Shown one piece after another: positions 32,787-43,668 of a DNA stretch of 64,000 nt. This DNA comes from Nitrospirota bacterium (GTDB lineage Bacteria; Nitrospirota; Nitrospiria; Nitrospirales; Nitrospiraceae). Location: positions 1 through 64,000 of the forward strand of contig CAVPBK010000011.1 of the NCBI GenBank assembly GCA_963701855.1. Direction: 5' to 3'. The notes beneath the pieces are model-generated. The model ran no database searches. It saw only the letters and a list, made by a program, of their open reading frames with translations, and was not told where the DNA came from. A program made the translations under genes and the position numbers. Positions within the stretch are counted from its first letter, which is position 1, and the number at the start of each line of letters is the position of its first letter.

Positions 32787-34115
32787 TCAGAGTTGTTGGC
32801 CGTACTTCTGCTCATGGAGCTTTTTAGCTTCGGCAATCCACTTGTCCCTCTTGATCCGCTCGGGAGCGGTGTATAACTTCTTCGCGACCTTGTTGATATC
32901 CTCCGGCGTCCAACGTGCAATCTGATCAAAGCTGTACAAGCCCATTTTGTATAGGGTCCGCGCAAAGGCGGGACCGATCCCATGAATCTTACTCAGGTCG
33001 TCTTTTGGTCTGTCTTGTACCGCTTTCGCCTGTTCCATCTCCAGGCTCAGTTGACTTCCACTCTGACGGGTTTTTTGTCGAGGAGGCACAACCCCTCCAT
33101 CGGTCTTGATGCGGAGTGCGGCCCGCACTTCGACCAAGCGTTTTCGGAGGCGGTCGATCTCCTCCTGCTTGTCTTCCACCGTCTTCATCTGATCCGCCAG
33201 GCCTTGCTGTTGCGATTCGAGTTCTTGAATCCGGTGCTGCAGGATGTCGATCTGTTCGGCCTGGTCATGGAGGAGTTGTTTATCAAGCAAGCGCTGGGCT
33301 CGGAGTTGTTCTTGCGCTGCGAGCCGTTGATGTAATATGGCGATCTGCGCTTCGTGTTGATTGAGGGTATGAGCGTATTTCGTTTCCCACTGTGCCAGTG
33401 CCGTCTGCTGCTCTTGAAGCCGTTGGATGAGCGGCTCCTGTTCGTCAATGCGCCGGTCTCGTTCGGCCAATTGGTTATTGAGTTGGTGTAGCGCAGCTCG
33501 ATGCTCGGCGTCTCGATCGCTGAGTTGCACTTCCAACCAATGGACCCGTCCTTGGGCCGGTTCGAGTTCCTCCACGCGCGCGCGTAGCCGATCGGCTTCT
33601 GCGATGGCGGCATCCAACTCGACGACGCGGTGCTGAAGATCGCGCTGTTCTTGCTCGTTCGACTCGAGTGTCTGTTGCGCCTCCTGGCGTGCGAGCTGGA
33701 GTTGCAGGGCCACTTCCGACTGCGCGGCCGCCGCCGCATCATATTCACTCGCGCGCCGTCGAACCGAGGCTTCTTCCGCTTCCAGGATCGTCAGCCGTTG
33801 CGTGCGAATGGCCAATTCTTCTTGAAGAGCCTGGAGGCGGTCGTTTCGTGCAGAGAGTTCCTGCCGGATAGATTGGTTAAGCTCTTCCGATTCGACAATC
33901 TTGCTTTCGAGCATCTGCATCGCAGCGGTTTGAGTATTCAGCTCAAACTGCGCCTTCCCCAGCGTTTGTTCTTTGAGGCGCAAGGTAGCGGTGACGTCCA
34001 TGAGCTGCTGCGTGAGTGGGCTGGCGGATACGTTTCTCAGCAGCCATCCGACTGCGCCGCCGATTCCGGCTGCGACAATGAGACATCCCAGCATTTGGCC
34101 AATGAGCGTGATCAT
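32787..34115 (-). CDS. membrane-anchored long coiled-coil protein with C-terminal helix-hairpin-helix domain
   Basis: N-terminal TM; heptad repeats; DDLSKIHGIGP...QIARW...RIKRDKWIAEA. Confidence 0.8.
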   Translation of the reverse strand: MITLIGQMLGCLIVAAGIGGAVGWLLRNVSASPLTQQLMDVTATLRLKEQTLGKAQFELNTQTAAMQMLESKIVESEELNQSIRQELSARNDRLQALQEELAIRTQRLTILEAEEASVRRRASEYDAAAAAQSEVALQLQLARQEAQQTLESNEQEQRDLQHRVVELDAAIAEADRLRARVEELEPAQGRVHWLEVQLSDRDAEHRAALHQLNNQLAERDRRIDEQEPLIQRLQEQQTALAQWETKYAHTLNQHEAQIAILHQRLAAQEQLRAQRLLDKQLLHDQAEQIDILQHRIQELESQQQGLADQMKTVEDKQEEIDRLRKRLVEVRAALRIKTDGGVVPPRQKTRQSGSQLSLEMEQAKAVQDRPKDDLSKIHGIGPAFARTLYKMGLYSFDQIARWTPEDINKVAKKLYTAPERIKRDKWIAEAKKLHEQKYGQQL

Positions 34116-34969
34116 AGGTCGGTTTTTCCTTTCACTCGTAGTTCGATGCGTCGGTTGTGTTGGAATCCGGCCCGCGTCTGTGCCACCGATAGTGGTCGCG
34201 AGGCGCCATAGCCAACGGCGGTGAACTGGTTGGTCAGGCCATGGCTGGTGAAGTATTGCCGCACAGCTTCAGCACGGCGGCGGCTCAGTTGAAGGTTATA
34301 GTCCGCTTCGCCGTATTTGTCCGTATGACCGCCGATCTCAATGGCCATGTGAGGGGCATAACGTAATTGGGCGATCAGTTGCTCCAGTGTGGCGCGACTG
34401 CGGGGAGTCATCGTAGTGGCGTTGGAATCGAATTCGATGGAGGAATGCGAAAGAATCTCATTTAACTTCTTCTGTAGCGAGGGGGAAGAAATCGCAAGCT
34501 GAGCTGCGCGAATATGATCTTCTAGTTCGAGTCCGGTCTGCAGCAGAGGGGCGATATCTCGTAGCACCGTGGCTTTGGCACGATCGCTGTCGACCAGGCC
34601 ACTGAGAACGATCGTGCGCCCATCGATGATGATGGAGCCGCGTTCCCTCATGTGCCCTAAAATGGGAAGAACTTGGGGAATATTGCCGGTCCAGGCGGCA
34701 GATCCCACTCTAGGATCTACAGCCAACTCATCGACGACGTGGCCTGGCGCTTTTCCATAAAGCTCTTGGGCTCGCTGAAGAATTGCGGCTTTGCTGATTT
34801 CACTGGGAAGTGAGCCACGGAGGGTCAGCGTCCCCTGTTCTAAACGCGCATGAAAGGAGGCAGGAGTGAGGGCGCCTGATGCTGTCGATGTCGGAAGATG
34901 GCGTGGAATGCAAACCACGGCAAGAAGAGTAAGTGCGACAGCGCCTGCGCCTAGAATCGCTCTGCGCAT
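34112..34969 (-). CDS. ArfA/Rv0899-like BON + OmpA protein, second copy
   Basis: TLTLRGSLPSEISKAAI, VVDELAVDPRV, OmpA C-terminal motifs. Confidence 0.8.
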   Translation of the reverse strand: MRRAILGAGAVALTLLAVVCIPRHLPTSTASGALTPASFHARLEQGTLTLRGSLPSEISKAAILQRAQELYGKAPGHVVDELAVDPRVGSAAWTGNIPQVLPILGHMRERGSIIIDGRTIVLSGLVDSDRAKATVLRDIAPLLQTGLELEDHIRAAQLAISSPSLQKKLNEILSHSSIEFDSNATTMTPRSRATLEQLIAQLRYAPHMAIEIGGHTDKYGEADYNLQLSRRRAEAVRQYFTSHGLTNQFTAVGYGASRPLSVAQTRAGFQHNRRIELRVKGKTDL

Positions 34970-35175
34970 GATGAACCAATTCTCGGAGGAAGGTGGCTGA
35001 TCGGCCACTGACCCTACCATACTGCGCAGGCTCATACCAGACAGGATTTGTGGGTTATCTAGGCAGTGCCGGAAGACTCCACATCCCTCTTGTAAGGCAT
35101 GTATTCATTTGCTATTCTTCGCCGCACCTTCCAGCTTACATAATATCAATCGATAGTTTTCCAAGGAGCACACCC

Positions 35176-36729
35176 ATGGTCGGCATCAAGCGGGCATTAA
35201 TCAGCGTGTCAGAGAAAACCGGCGTTGTGGAGATGGCGAAAGGGCTTGAGGCTCTGGGCGCCGAGATCCTTTCGACCGGAGGTACGGCGAAAACCTTGCG
35301 AGAGGCCGGTGTGAAGGTGACCGATGTCGCAGCCTACACTGGCTCACCGGAAATTCTGGACGGTCGAGTCAAGACACTGCATCCCAAGATTCATGGCGGC
35401 TTGCTTGGACGTCGTTCGGTGCCTGCGCATGTCGAGCAGATGAAGCAGCAGGGGATCGGACCCATCGACGTGGTCGTGGTCAATCTCTACCCCTTCGAGG
35501 CAACGATTGCGAAGCCCCATTGTCCCTTCGAAGAGGCCATTGAAAATATCGATATCGGCGGGCCGTCGATGCTGCGTTCCGCAGCCAAAAACCACGAAGA
35601 TGTCTTAGTGGTCGTAGACCCAACCGATTATCAGCGCGTGCTCGATGCAACAAAGGCAGGGACGGTGTCGCGTGAGTTGCGTCGTGAGTTGGCGATGAAG
35701 GTCTTTCAACATACGGCGCGCTACGACAGTTTGATTGCCGGGTATCTTGAACAGCAGGTGCAGAGCAACGATGCCAAGTTCCCGAAAATATTGTCTTTGC
35801 AGTACGAACGGGCGGAGATACTCCGCTATGGAGAGAATCCTCATCAGCAAGGAGCCTTCTATCGAGAGCTGCATTCGACCGAGCCATCGGTGTCCCGTGG
35901 AAAGATCCTGCACGGCAAGGCGATGTCGTATAACAATTTTCTCGACGCCAATTCGGCGCTCGAGCTGGCGAAAGAGTACGACGAGATTGCCGTAGCCATT
36001 ATCAAGCACAACAATCCCTGCGGTGTGGCATTGGGTGCGACGCCTGTCGAGGCCTATATGAAGGCTCGAGAGACTGACCCCATCTCGGCATTTGGTGGTG
36101 TGATTGCATTCAATCGACCCGTGGATTTGGCCGCGGCGAAGGAAATTACCTCCACCTTTGTTGAAGTGGTGATTGCGCCGGGGTTTGCAGACGATGCCCT
36201 TGCAGAGTTGAAGCGCAAGAAGGATCTGCGGTTGCTCGACGTCGGGCCGCTCACGAAGGTAAAACAAGAGGGCTTCGATCTCAAGAAATTGGTCGGCGGT
36301 TTGATTGTGCAGGACCGGGATCTCGGTACGTTAACCGACCTGAGGGCACTTAACGTACCGACCATGCGCAAACCCACGGACGAGGAGTACGCGGCCTGTG
36401 CTTTTGCTTGGAAGGTCTGCAAACATGTGAAGTCGAATGCGATAATCTATGCGAAGCCGGGGCAGACCGTGGGTATCGGCGCCGGCCAGATGAGCCGGGT
36501 CGATTCCGTAAAGCTTGCGGCGATGAAAGCCCAGATGCCGATCAAGGGATGTGTGATGGCATCGGATGCGTTTTTTCCGTTCCGGGACGGATTGGATGCC
36601 GCCATTCAGGCTGGAATCACCACGGTCATTCAACCGGGCGGTTCGATTCGCGATGCCGAAATTATCAAAGCCGCAGATGAACAAGGCGTGGCGATGATCT
36701 TAACGGGCATGCGCCACTTCCGCCATTAA
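35176..36729 (+). CDS. purH: AICAR transformylase / IMP cyclohydrolase
   Basis: [38 protein letters not shown]. Confidence 0.98.
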   Translation: MVGIKRALISVSEKTGVVEMAKGLEALGAEILSTGGTAKTLREAGVKVTDVAAYTGSPEILDGRVKTLHPKIHGGLLGRRSVPAHVEQMKQQGIGPIDVVVVNLYPFEATIAKPHCPFEEAIENIDIGGPSMLRSAAKNHEDVLVVVDPTDYQRVLDATKAGTVSRELRRELAMKVFQHTARYDSLIAGYLEQQVQSNDAKFPKILSLQYERAEILRYGENPHQQGAFYRELHSTEPSVSRGKILHGKAMSYNNFLDANSALELAKEYDEIAVAIIKHNNPCGVALGATPVEAYMKARETDPISAFGGVIAFNRPVDLAAAKEITSTFVEVVIAPGFADDALAELKRKKDLRLLDVGPLTKVKQEGFDLKKLVGGLIVQDRDLGTLTDLRALNVPTMRKPTDEEYAACAFAWKVCKHVKSNAIIYAKPGQTVGIGAGQMSRVDSVKLAAMKAQMPIKGCVMASDAFFPFRDGLDAAIQAGITTVIQPGGSIRDAEIIKAADEQGVAMILTGMRHFRH

Positions 36730-36917
36730 CGGTTGTTGAAACGACTCTCCAGTGTTGCTCCCGGCTCGGCAAAATCCTCAACGCAGCCCATCGGGAAGGA
36801 GCTGCTCTGCAGCTCGGAGCGGGCGGGTGAGAAGGTTACGCCTTCGTTCGCCTGCGGTCATACGGGAAAGCCGTTTGAACATTCTCCGAGGAAAGACCTC
36901 AAACTGAAGGCTAACCT

Positions 36918-38192
36918 GTGAAAATCCTAATTGTTGGCTCCGGAGGACGCGAGCATGCCATGGTATGGAAGCTTGCGCAAAGCCCCCGCAAGCCGATGCT
37001 GTATTGTGCTCCGGGTAATGCCGGGGTCGAGTCGCTCGCGACCTGTGTTCCTATCAAAGCCGACGATGTTGCCAGGCTGAAAGCTTTCGTACAGTCGGAG
37101 AAGATCGATCTGACGGTCGTGGGGCCGGAAGCTCCGCTGGCATTGGGCATTGTCGACGAGTTTCGAAAATCGGAGCTCAAAATATTTGGGCCGACGAAGG
37201 GCGCCGCACGCATCGAAGCCAGCAAGGTCTTTTCTAAAGAGATCATGAGCCGTGCGAACATTCTCACGGCGAAGGCGCAAAGTTTTGACCGAGTTGCCCC
37301 AGCCTTGGCCTATCTCGATCTGCATGAGATTCCCGTAGTCGTGAAGGCTGATGGACTGGCGCAGGGAAAGGGTGTGGTGGTCGCGACAACTCATGCGGAG
37401 GCGATGCAGGCCGTCCGCGATTCGATGGAGCATGCGGTGTTCGGTCAGGCCGGTCAGCGCGTGTTAATTGAACAGTTTTTAGACGGCGAGGAATTGACGA
37501 TCATGGCCTTCACGGATGGCCGGACGGTGGTGCCGATGCTGCCTGCACAAGATCATAAACGAGTCGGGGATGGCGATACAGGACCCAACACCGGAGGCAT
37601 GGGGGCCTATTGTCCCGCGCCGCTTGGCACCAAGGCGCTGCGCGAGCAGGTCACTCGGCAGGTTCTCTATCCCGCCATCGAAGCCCTGTCACGTATGGGT
37701 TGTCCGTTTCAGGGCGTCCTGTATGCCGGCCTTATGGTTGTGAAAGGGGCACCGTACGTCTTGGAGTTCAACGCCCGCATGGGAGATCCGGAAACGCAGG
37801 TCGTGCTCCCGTTGCTCAAGACCGATTTGTTGGAGGTGATCGAGGCTGTGGTCGAACATCGGCTCGATCAACTTACCGTGGACTGGCATGAAGAAACCGC
37901 TGTCTGTGTCGTCATGACGTCGGGAGGCTATCCCGGAGCCTATCAGACCGGTCGCGCAATTCACGGATTGCCGGCCATGACCGATGCGGCGACCGTGGTG
38001 TTTCATGCGGGCACGACACGAACTGGTACAGAGGTGGTAACAGCCGGGGGTCGGGTGTTGGGCATTATGGGACGCGGAAAGACCCTGGAAGTCGCGCAGG
38101 CGAACGCCTATCGTACGACTCAGTCGATTGCATTTCAAGGCGCTCACTATCGGACAGATATTGCGCATCGGGCATTCTCACGCCACGTGTAG
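36918..38192 (+). CDS. purD: phosphoribosylamine-glycine ligase
   Basis: GSGGREHA, KADGLAQGKGV, GPNTGGMGAY. Confidence 0.98.
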   Translation: MKILIVGSGGREHAMVWKLAQSPRKPMLYCAPGNAGVESLATCVPIKADDVARLKAFVQSEKIDLTVVGPEAPLALGIVDEFRKSELKIFGPTKGAARIEASKVFSKEIMSRANILTAKAQSFDRVAPALAYLDLHEIPVVVKADGLAQGKGVVVATTHAEAMQAVRDSMEHAVFGQAGQRVLIEQFLDGEELTIMAFTDGRTVVPMLPAQDHKRVGDGDTGPNTGGMGAYCPAPLGTKALREQVTRQVLYPAIEALSRMGCPFQGVLYAGLMVVKGAPYVLEFNARMGDPETQVVLPLLKTDLLEVIEAVVEHRLDQLTVDWHEETAVCVVMTSGGYPGAYQTGRAIHGLPAMTDAATVVFHAGTTRTGTEVVTAGGRVLGIMGRGKTLEVAQANAYRTTQSIAFQGAHYRTDIAHRAFSRHV

Positions 38193-38207
38193 CACTGAAG
38201 GGGGCGG

Positions 38208-38876
38208 ATGATTCCTGCTATGGCATTGATCGAGCGCTATATGGCGCCCACCATCCCGGCGCTTGCTGATCTGGTGCGTCGTGTGCTCCGAGAAAACGGG
38301 TTGATCGCCCTGCCGACAGAAAGTTCCTATGGGCTTGCCGTGGCTCCATTCGAAGAGCAGGCACTCGCCAGATTATGGCAGGTCAAAGAGCGGTCGGAGG
38401 GGAAACCGATTCTCATACTGATTGGAGACGAATGTCAGTTGGGGCCGTTCGTTCAAAGCATTCCCCATGCAGCACACGTACTCATGAATGCATTCTGGCC
38501 CGGACCCCTTACCATCGTGTTTCCTGCAGCGGTTGGACTTTCCGACGCGGTGACTGCTAGGACTGGCTCAGTCGGCATCCGTCTCAGCGCCTGGCAGCCG
38601 CTGCGTGATCTTTTGCTTCGAGTCGGGCCCGTGACCGGCACCAGTGCAAACCGTGAAGGCATGCCGCCGCCAACGACGGCCGAAGAGGTCCAACACAGCC
38701 TCGGCAACGCGCTCGATCTGATCATAGATGCTGGACCGACTCCCGGCGGGAAGCCGTCCACCGTTATCGACGTACGAGGTCCGATCCAAATCATTCGCGA
38801 AGGAGCGATCGAACGAGGCGCCATCGCGGCGCAATTGGCCGCTCATGGTCTGCATTTCGATGCATATAGCCGGTGA
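38208..38876 (+). CDS. tsaC: threonylcarbamoyl-AMP synthase (YrdC/Sua5)
   Basis: PTESSYGL, FWPGPLT, TSAN. Confidence 0.9.
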   Translation: MIPAMALIERYMAPTIPALADLVRRVLRENGLIALPTESSYGLAVAPFEEQALARLWQVKERSEGKPILILIGDECQLGPFVQSIPHAAHVLMNAFWPGPLTIVFPAAVGLSDAVTARTGSVGIRLSAWQPLRDLLLRVGPVTGTSANREGMPPPTTAEEVQHSLGNALDLIIDAGPTPGGKPSTVIDVRGPIQIIREGAIERGAIAAQLAAHGLHFDAYSR

Positions 38877-38913
38877 AGTCGATTGTATCGTTTACACTGA
38901 AAGGAGAATACTG

Positions 38914-39333
38914 ATGACTCGAACAGTGATGGTGCGTAACCTTGTCGCGGTGGCGGCCATAACGCTCGTCTCTGTGGGGCTGTCCGGGTGCGATTACTGG
39001 CCCCCGGCGCTCCAAACACAAATTGAACAGCTCCGTTCCGAACTCCAGACTTCGACAATGGAAAAGACTCAGCTACAGAATCAACTCACCTCCATTGCGA
39101 AGGTGAAAGACGATTTGCAGGCGCAAGTGAATGATCTTTCCAAGGCAAATCAAGATAAGTCGACCATGATAGCCAGTTTGCAAAATGGTCTGACGGCAGC
39201 ACAGGGGCGATTGGCGAAGTCGGCGAAAGTTGCAGCGCCGAAGGCCAGCGCAGTCAAGCCGTCCACAAAGGTCACGCAGAAGGCCCCAGCCAAAAAGAAA
39301 ACACCGGCTAAGACTACAACAGGCAAGCGCTAG
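38914..39333 (+). CDS. coiled-coil lipoprotein with Lys-rich tail
   Basis: lipobox LSGC; AAGGAG RBS. Confidence 0.75.
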   Translation: MTRTVMVRNLVAVAAITLVSVGLSGCDYWPPALQTQIEQLRSELQTSTMEKTQLQNQLTSIAKVKDDLQAQVNDLSKANQDKSTMIASLQNGLTAAQGRLAKSAKVAAPKASAVKPSTKVTQKAPAKKKTPAKTTTGKR

Positions 39334-39344
39334 CACGCCGCTGT

Positions 39345-39734
39345 CTACTTACTGCTGGATGATGATGGTGCGGGCGTCGTTGTGCCTGGGGTCGTGCTCG
39401 GCGGAGTGCTTGCCGGAACCGAGGAGGGAGGAGAAGCTGGAGTAGCGGTGGTGGAGGGAGCTGCGGATGTCGTCTGGCCGGACGTGCTTGGCGCGGTCTC
39501 TTTCTTCTCCCCAGTCGCGGGTTCAGATGCTTCACTCTCTGAGGAAGGCTTCATTTTGTCGGAGTAGTCCGTCACATACCACCCGCTGCCTTTGAACATG
39601 ATGGCGGGCGACGAAATCAGGCGCTGTACGCGCTTCCCACATCGCGGGCAGGCGGTAAGGGGATCGTCCTTCATACTTTGTTTGATTTCAAACTTATCTG
39701 TGCAGCTTTCACACTGGTACTCATAGATAGGCAC
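39345..39734 (-). CDS. FmdB-family Zn ribbon protein
   Basis: MPIYEYQCESC...CPRCG...FKGSGWYVTDY. Confidence 0.9.
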   Translation of the reverse strand: MPIYEYQCESCTDKFEIKQSMKDDPLTACPRCGKRVQRLISSPAIMFKGSGWYVTDYSDKMKPSSESEASEPATGEKKETAPSTSGQTTSAAPSTTATPASPPSSVPASTPPSTTPGTTTPAPSSSSSK

Positions 39735-39856
39735 GATTCACTTCCTCCTACTAGCCCGGTCTGTTTGGTTGATCTGGTTCGTTGTGTTGATCCGTTGGTC
39801 TTGTCTAACCAAACAAACAAGACTAACCAAATAAACCAAATAACGGTCTGCTTCTG

Positions 39857-41050
39857 TTAGCTAAGCTGCTTGAATGCTGCGTCCAGACGATCCATTCCGC
39901 GAACGATCGTCTCCATGCTGGTCGCATAGGACAGTCGAATATGCTGAGTGCTTCCAAATGGCTCACCGGGAACTACGGCGACCTTGAATTCCTGTAACAA
40001 ATAGTTTGCAAGATCGGTCGGAGTTGTGATTTTTCCACTTGGGCTCTGCTGTCCGAGTAGTCCACTCACATTCGGGAACGCATAAAATGCTCCGGTAGGC
40101 ATTCTGCATCCAACGCCTGGCATCGCATTCAGGCGCTCGACCATGATGCGCCGCCGCCGATCGAACTCCATCACCATCTTTTCCGTAAAGGCGCTACCTT
40201 CGCGCAAGGCCACGACGGCAGCCTTTTGTGAAATAGAACAAGGATTGGACGTACTCTGGCTTTGAATATTTGCCATGGCCGTCAACAGGTCTTTGGGACC
40301 GGCTGCATAGCCGATTCGCCAACCGGTCATCGCATAGGCTTTGGAGACACCGTTGATCACAACCGTACGGGCTGCAACATCCGGCCCTAATGAGGCAATG
40401 CTCGTGTGCGTCGCCCCGTCGTAGAGAATTTTTTCATAAATCTCGTCGGAAATCAGAAGGAGATCCCGACGGAGAGCCAGCTCAGCAAGGCATTCGAGCG
40501 TCCCCCGATCGTAGGTTGCTCCCGTTGGATTGCCGGGGCTATTGATGATAATCGCCTTGGTACGTGTGGTGATGAGCCGCTCCAATTCGTGGGCATCAAT
40601 GGCATACCCGTCTTCTTCACGGGTGGGCAAGAACACCGGCGTAGCGTCATTGAGCAGGATTTGGTCGGCATACGAGACCCAAAAGGGAACAGGAATGATG
40701 ACTTCATCACCGGCTTCAAGGAGAGCTTCGGCAAGGTTATAGAGCGAATGCTTAGCGCCGCATGAGACCAGCACTTGGGATTTTTCGTATCGGAGCCCTT
40801 GCTCTCTTTGAAGTTTGTCGATAATCAATTGGCGCAGTTCATCGATGCCGGATGAGGGAGTGTACTTTGTAAATCCTGCGCGAATTGCAGCTTCTGCGGC
40901 TGCTTTGATCGGTTCGGGGGTATCGAAGTCCGGTTCTCCTGACGAAAAGTCGGCAACGTCGATTCCGCGTGCCGCCATTGCTTTTGCAGTTGCGGCCATG
41001 GCTAAGGTGGGGGAGGGAGCAATTCGCCCCGCTCGTGCAGCCAGCTTCAT
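39857..41050 (-). CDS. class I PLP-dependent aminotransferase (aspartate aminotransferase-like)
   Basis: GEPDFDTP, NPTG, SDEIY, SKAYAMTGWRIG. Confidence 0.93.
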   Translation of the reverse strand: MKLAARAGRIAPSPTLAMAATAKAMAARGIDVADFSSGEPDFDTPEPIKAAAEAAIRAGFTKYTPSSGIDELRQLIIDKLQREQGLRYEKSQVLVSCGAKHSLYNLAEALLEAGDEVIIPVPFWVSYADQILLNDATPVFLPTREEDGYAIDAHELERLITTRTKAIIINSPGNPTGATYDRGTLECLAELALRRDLLLISDEIYEKILYDGATHTSIASLGPDVAARTVVINGVSKAYAMTGWRIGYAAGPKDLLTAMANIQSQSTSNPCSISQKAAVVALREGSAFTEKMVMEFDRRRRIMVERLNAMPGVGCRMPTGAFYAFPNVSGLLGQQSPSGKITTPTDLANYLLQEFKVAVVPGEPFGSTQHIRLSYATSMETIVRGMDRLDAAFKQLS

Positions 41051-41535
41051 GTTTTTAAACTCCTGATCCGTTCCTGTAGCTGACGCGCAACCTCGGAGTG
41101 TAGAAATTCCGTGAGCGCTCCGCCGTGGGTAGCCACGTCTTTAATAATGGTTGAGGATAAATAGGAATATTCTTCGCTGGGCATCAGGAACACGGTCTCA
41201 ACTTGTTTGGCCATTTTGCGATTGATGAGGGCCATTTGAAATTCATGTTCGAAGTCCGATATCGCACGCAGGCCACGGATAATCGCATGGGCGCCGTATC
41301 GTTGGACATAGTCCACGAGTAACCCATCGAAGTGGGTCACCTCGACCTGTTTCATCTCCTTCATCACGATCCGGATCATCTCCAGCCGCTCGGTCAGGGT
41401 GAAGAGTGGATGTTTGGATGGATTGGGTGCGACAGCAACGACCACTTTGTCGAACACGCGCAGACTTCTGGTGATGATGTCGGTGTGTCCGTGAGTGATG
41501 GGATCGAAGGTTCCTGGATAGATGCCAATCTTCAT
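41047..41535 (-). CDS. coaD: phosphopantetheine adenylyltransferase
   Basis: YPGTFDPITHGH, RGLRAISDF. Confidence 0.97.
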   Translation of the reverse strand: MKIGIYPGTFDPITHGHTDIITRSLRVFDKVVVAVAPNPSKHPLFTLTERLEMIRIVMKEMKQVEVTHFDGLLVDYVQRYGAHAIIRGLRAISDFEHEFQMALINRKMAKQVETVFLMPSEEYSYLSSTIIKDVATHGGALTEFLHSEVARQLQERIRSLKT

Positions 41536-42104
41536 AATGTGATCGACTCTGTGGTAGACACACCGTATAGATAGAGTGCCGTATCGCCATACACGTATCG
41601 CCGCACAAGCTCGGCATGGTCGATCGACGCAGGTAATTCGGTACGCGAGTCTTGTTCGATAATCATGGTGGCATGCTCCGACAACAGTCCCGGCCTCCAG
41701 GCATGGATCAGGATGGCTAACTCATCTAGAGCGACATAGGGCGGATCCGCAAAGAGTATATCGTAGGGGCCGCCCCACCAATCTTTCCGGTCAAGAAAGG
41801 TGGCTGCCTGTCCTATGCGAACCTGCGCTCGGTCAAGCAGCTGACAGGTCCGTAGATTTTCCTGTAACACTTGCAAGACCTTGGGGTTTGACTCGACAAA
41901 GGTGGCGGTTGAGGCTCCACGGCTCAGCGCTTCAATCCCGACGGCTCCCGTGCCTGCATACAAATCAAGAAAATGAGATCCCGACACCTTGCTCCCGAGA
42001 ATCGAAAAAAGTGCCCCTCGAACCTTGTCTGATGTGGGACGCAGCACAGTCCCTTGTGGCCCACTCAAGCGGCGACCTCGGTGGGATCCGGCAATGACAC
42101 GCAT
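41532..42104 (-). CDS. rsmD: 16S rRNA m2G966 methyltransferase
   Basis: MRVIAG, RPTSDKVR, LDLYAGTGAVGIEALSRG, DPPY. Confidence 0.95.
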   Translation of the reverse strand: MRVIAGSHRGRRLSGPQGTVLRPTSDKVRGALFSILGSKVSGSHFLDLYAGTGAVGIEALSRGASTATFVESNPKVLQVLQENLRTCQLLDRAQVRIGQAATFLDRKDWWGGPYDILFADPPYVALDELAILIHAWRPGLLSEHATMIIEQDSRTELPASIDHAELVRRYVYGDTALYLYGVSTTESITL

Positions 42105-42406
42105 AGGTTACGGTGAGAGATACCTCTGGAGCACCTGACTCTAACACAGCGTTTTTGAAGGGGTCAAGATAAGTGCGGCTGAAGCAAGGTGTGAAACTCT
42201 GATGTCGAGACGACATGGGAGAGGGAAAGGTTAGAACGAGGGCAATGGAAGTATTTTGACGACCTTGGAGGCTGTGGCTATAATGCCGTTGGGAGATTTG
42301 GCAGCGTAAGACGTGAACGAGGGGGGATCAGTGCAAGAATGTCGGCCATCCGTGGCGATCGAGAGGGTCGACCAGTATTCAGTATAGAGACAAATCTCAA
42401 TTGTTC

Positions 42407-42580
42407 TTAGGGGGTCGCCACTGTTTGGGGTTTACGAGCGGCCAAGCTCTTTCGCCGATTATTTGAAATGGTACGATCGATGATCGCGCCGCAGTTGATA
42501 CATTTCCAGGCATAGAAAATTAAGAAGAAGTCGGAGAACCGCTCAAGCATCATGAGGCCTTTGCACTTCGGACATTCCAT
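42407..42580 (-). CDS. 57-aa Zn-ribbon protein (not in the ORF track)
   Basis: MECPKCKGLMMLERFSDFFLIFYAWKCINCGAIIDRTISNNRRKSLAARKPQTVATP*; GGGAGG RBS. Confidence 0.8.
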   Translation of the reverse strand: MECPKCKGLMMLERFSDFFLIFYAWKCINCGAIIDRTISNNRRKSLAARKPQTVATP

Positions 42581-42762
42581 CGAATCCTCCCAAGGTTACG
42601 GTGTACTGCTGCAGGCGGTTCAAAGCAATTACTGAACCAAAATGTCGCTGTACGTAATTTCAACAGTTTAGACGGTACGTATTTGTTAGGAAGTGGCAAA
42701 CAGGGGGGCTATTGCTAGTACAAAAACGTTCAGCGTGACGTATTTTTGTGCGTGGAGGATGG

Positions 42763-43479
42763 ATGGCCAGCAAGAAAGGAAGTCAGGGCATCGCGCAATG
42801 GCCTGAAACAGAACGGCCGCGCGAACGGCTGCTGACTCAGGGGCCACAGGCGCTCACCAATGCCCAACTCCTGGCCATTCTTCTTCGAGTTGGTCGTCAT
42901 GGATCTTCAGCTGTGCAAGTCGGAATAGATATTCTGGATCGACTCGGGGATGTGGCCGGACTTGCACAATGCGGAATCGAAGAACTCTGCGCGGTTCCAG
43001 GTGTGGGGGAAGCCAAAGCAGCCCAGTTGAAGGCTGCCCTTGAATTAGGGAAGCGTGCCCTTGCTGGTCCGCTGACCAAGGGAACCAAAATCACATCCAG
43101 CAGTGACCTCTTCACCCATTACCATCCGACCTTGCGTGACCTGCGTCACGAAATCTTCAAAGTTGTTTTACTGGATGCCAAGCATGCCATCATGCGTGAC
43201 ACGACAGTATCGGAAGGCAGCTTGACGCTCAGCATTGTCCATCCACGCGAAGTCTTCACACTCGCGGTAAAAGAATCCGCGGCGGCCGTAATCTTTCTGC
43301 ACAACCATCCCAGTGGAGATCCCACGCCGAGCCAGGAAGATCGTGTTCTGACGGCGCGATTGGTGTCGGCAGGGGAGGTGCTAGGCATTCGAGTCCTTGA
43401 CCATCTCGTCATCGGCAACGGACGTTATGTCAGCTTTGCCGATCAAGGTTGGCTGACAAACCATGGTGCAGACACGTAA
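42763..43479 (+). CDS. radC: RadC (JAB/MPN) family protein
   Basis: ERPRERL, VHPREVF, HNHPSGD, LDHLVIG. Confidence 0.95.
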   Translation: MASKKGSQGIAQWPETERPRERLLTQGPQALTNAQLLAILLRVGRHGSSAVQVGIDILDRLGDVAGLAQCGIEELCAVPGVGEAKAAQLKAALELGKRALAGPLTKGTKITSSSDLFTHYHPTLRDLRHEIFKVVLLDAKHAIMRDTTVSEGSLTLSIVHPREVFTLAVKESAAAVIFLHNHPSGDPTPSQEDRVLTARLVSAGEVLGIRVLDHLVIGNGRYVSFADQGWLTNHGADT

Positions 43480-43516
43480 GAAAAATGGGGAGTTGCAGTG
43501 ATGTAACCATATAAAC

Positions 43517-43654
43517 GCAGGATACGAAAAAGGCCGTCCTCGTCGTGCGTGGTTTGTCTTGTTCATCTGGTTAATTTCCTTCAACCCAAAAACCAGACAA
43601 ACCAAACGACTAAATTACGATCTTTTTACGCTGACGGACTTTTCAGCATCCTGC
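43517..43654. repeat. dispersed MITE-like repeat, homologue of 27953-28109
   Basis: GCAGGATACGAAAAA...TTTTCAGCATCCTGC. Confidence 0.7.
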
Positions 43655-43668
43655 AAGAGGAGGGTTTC

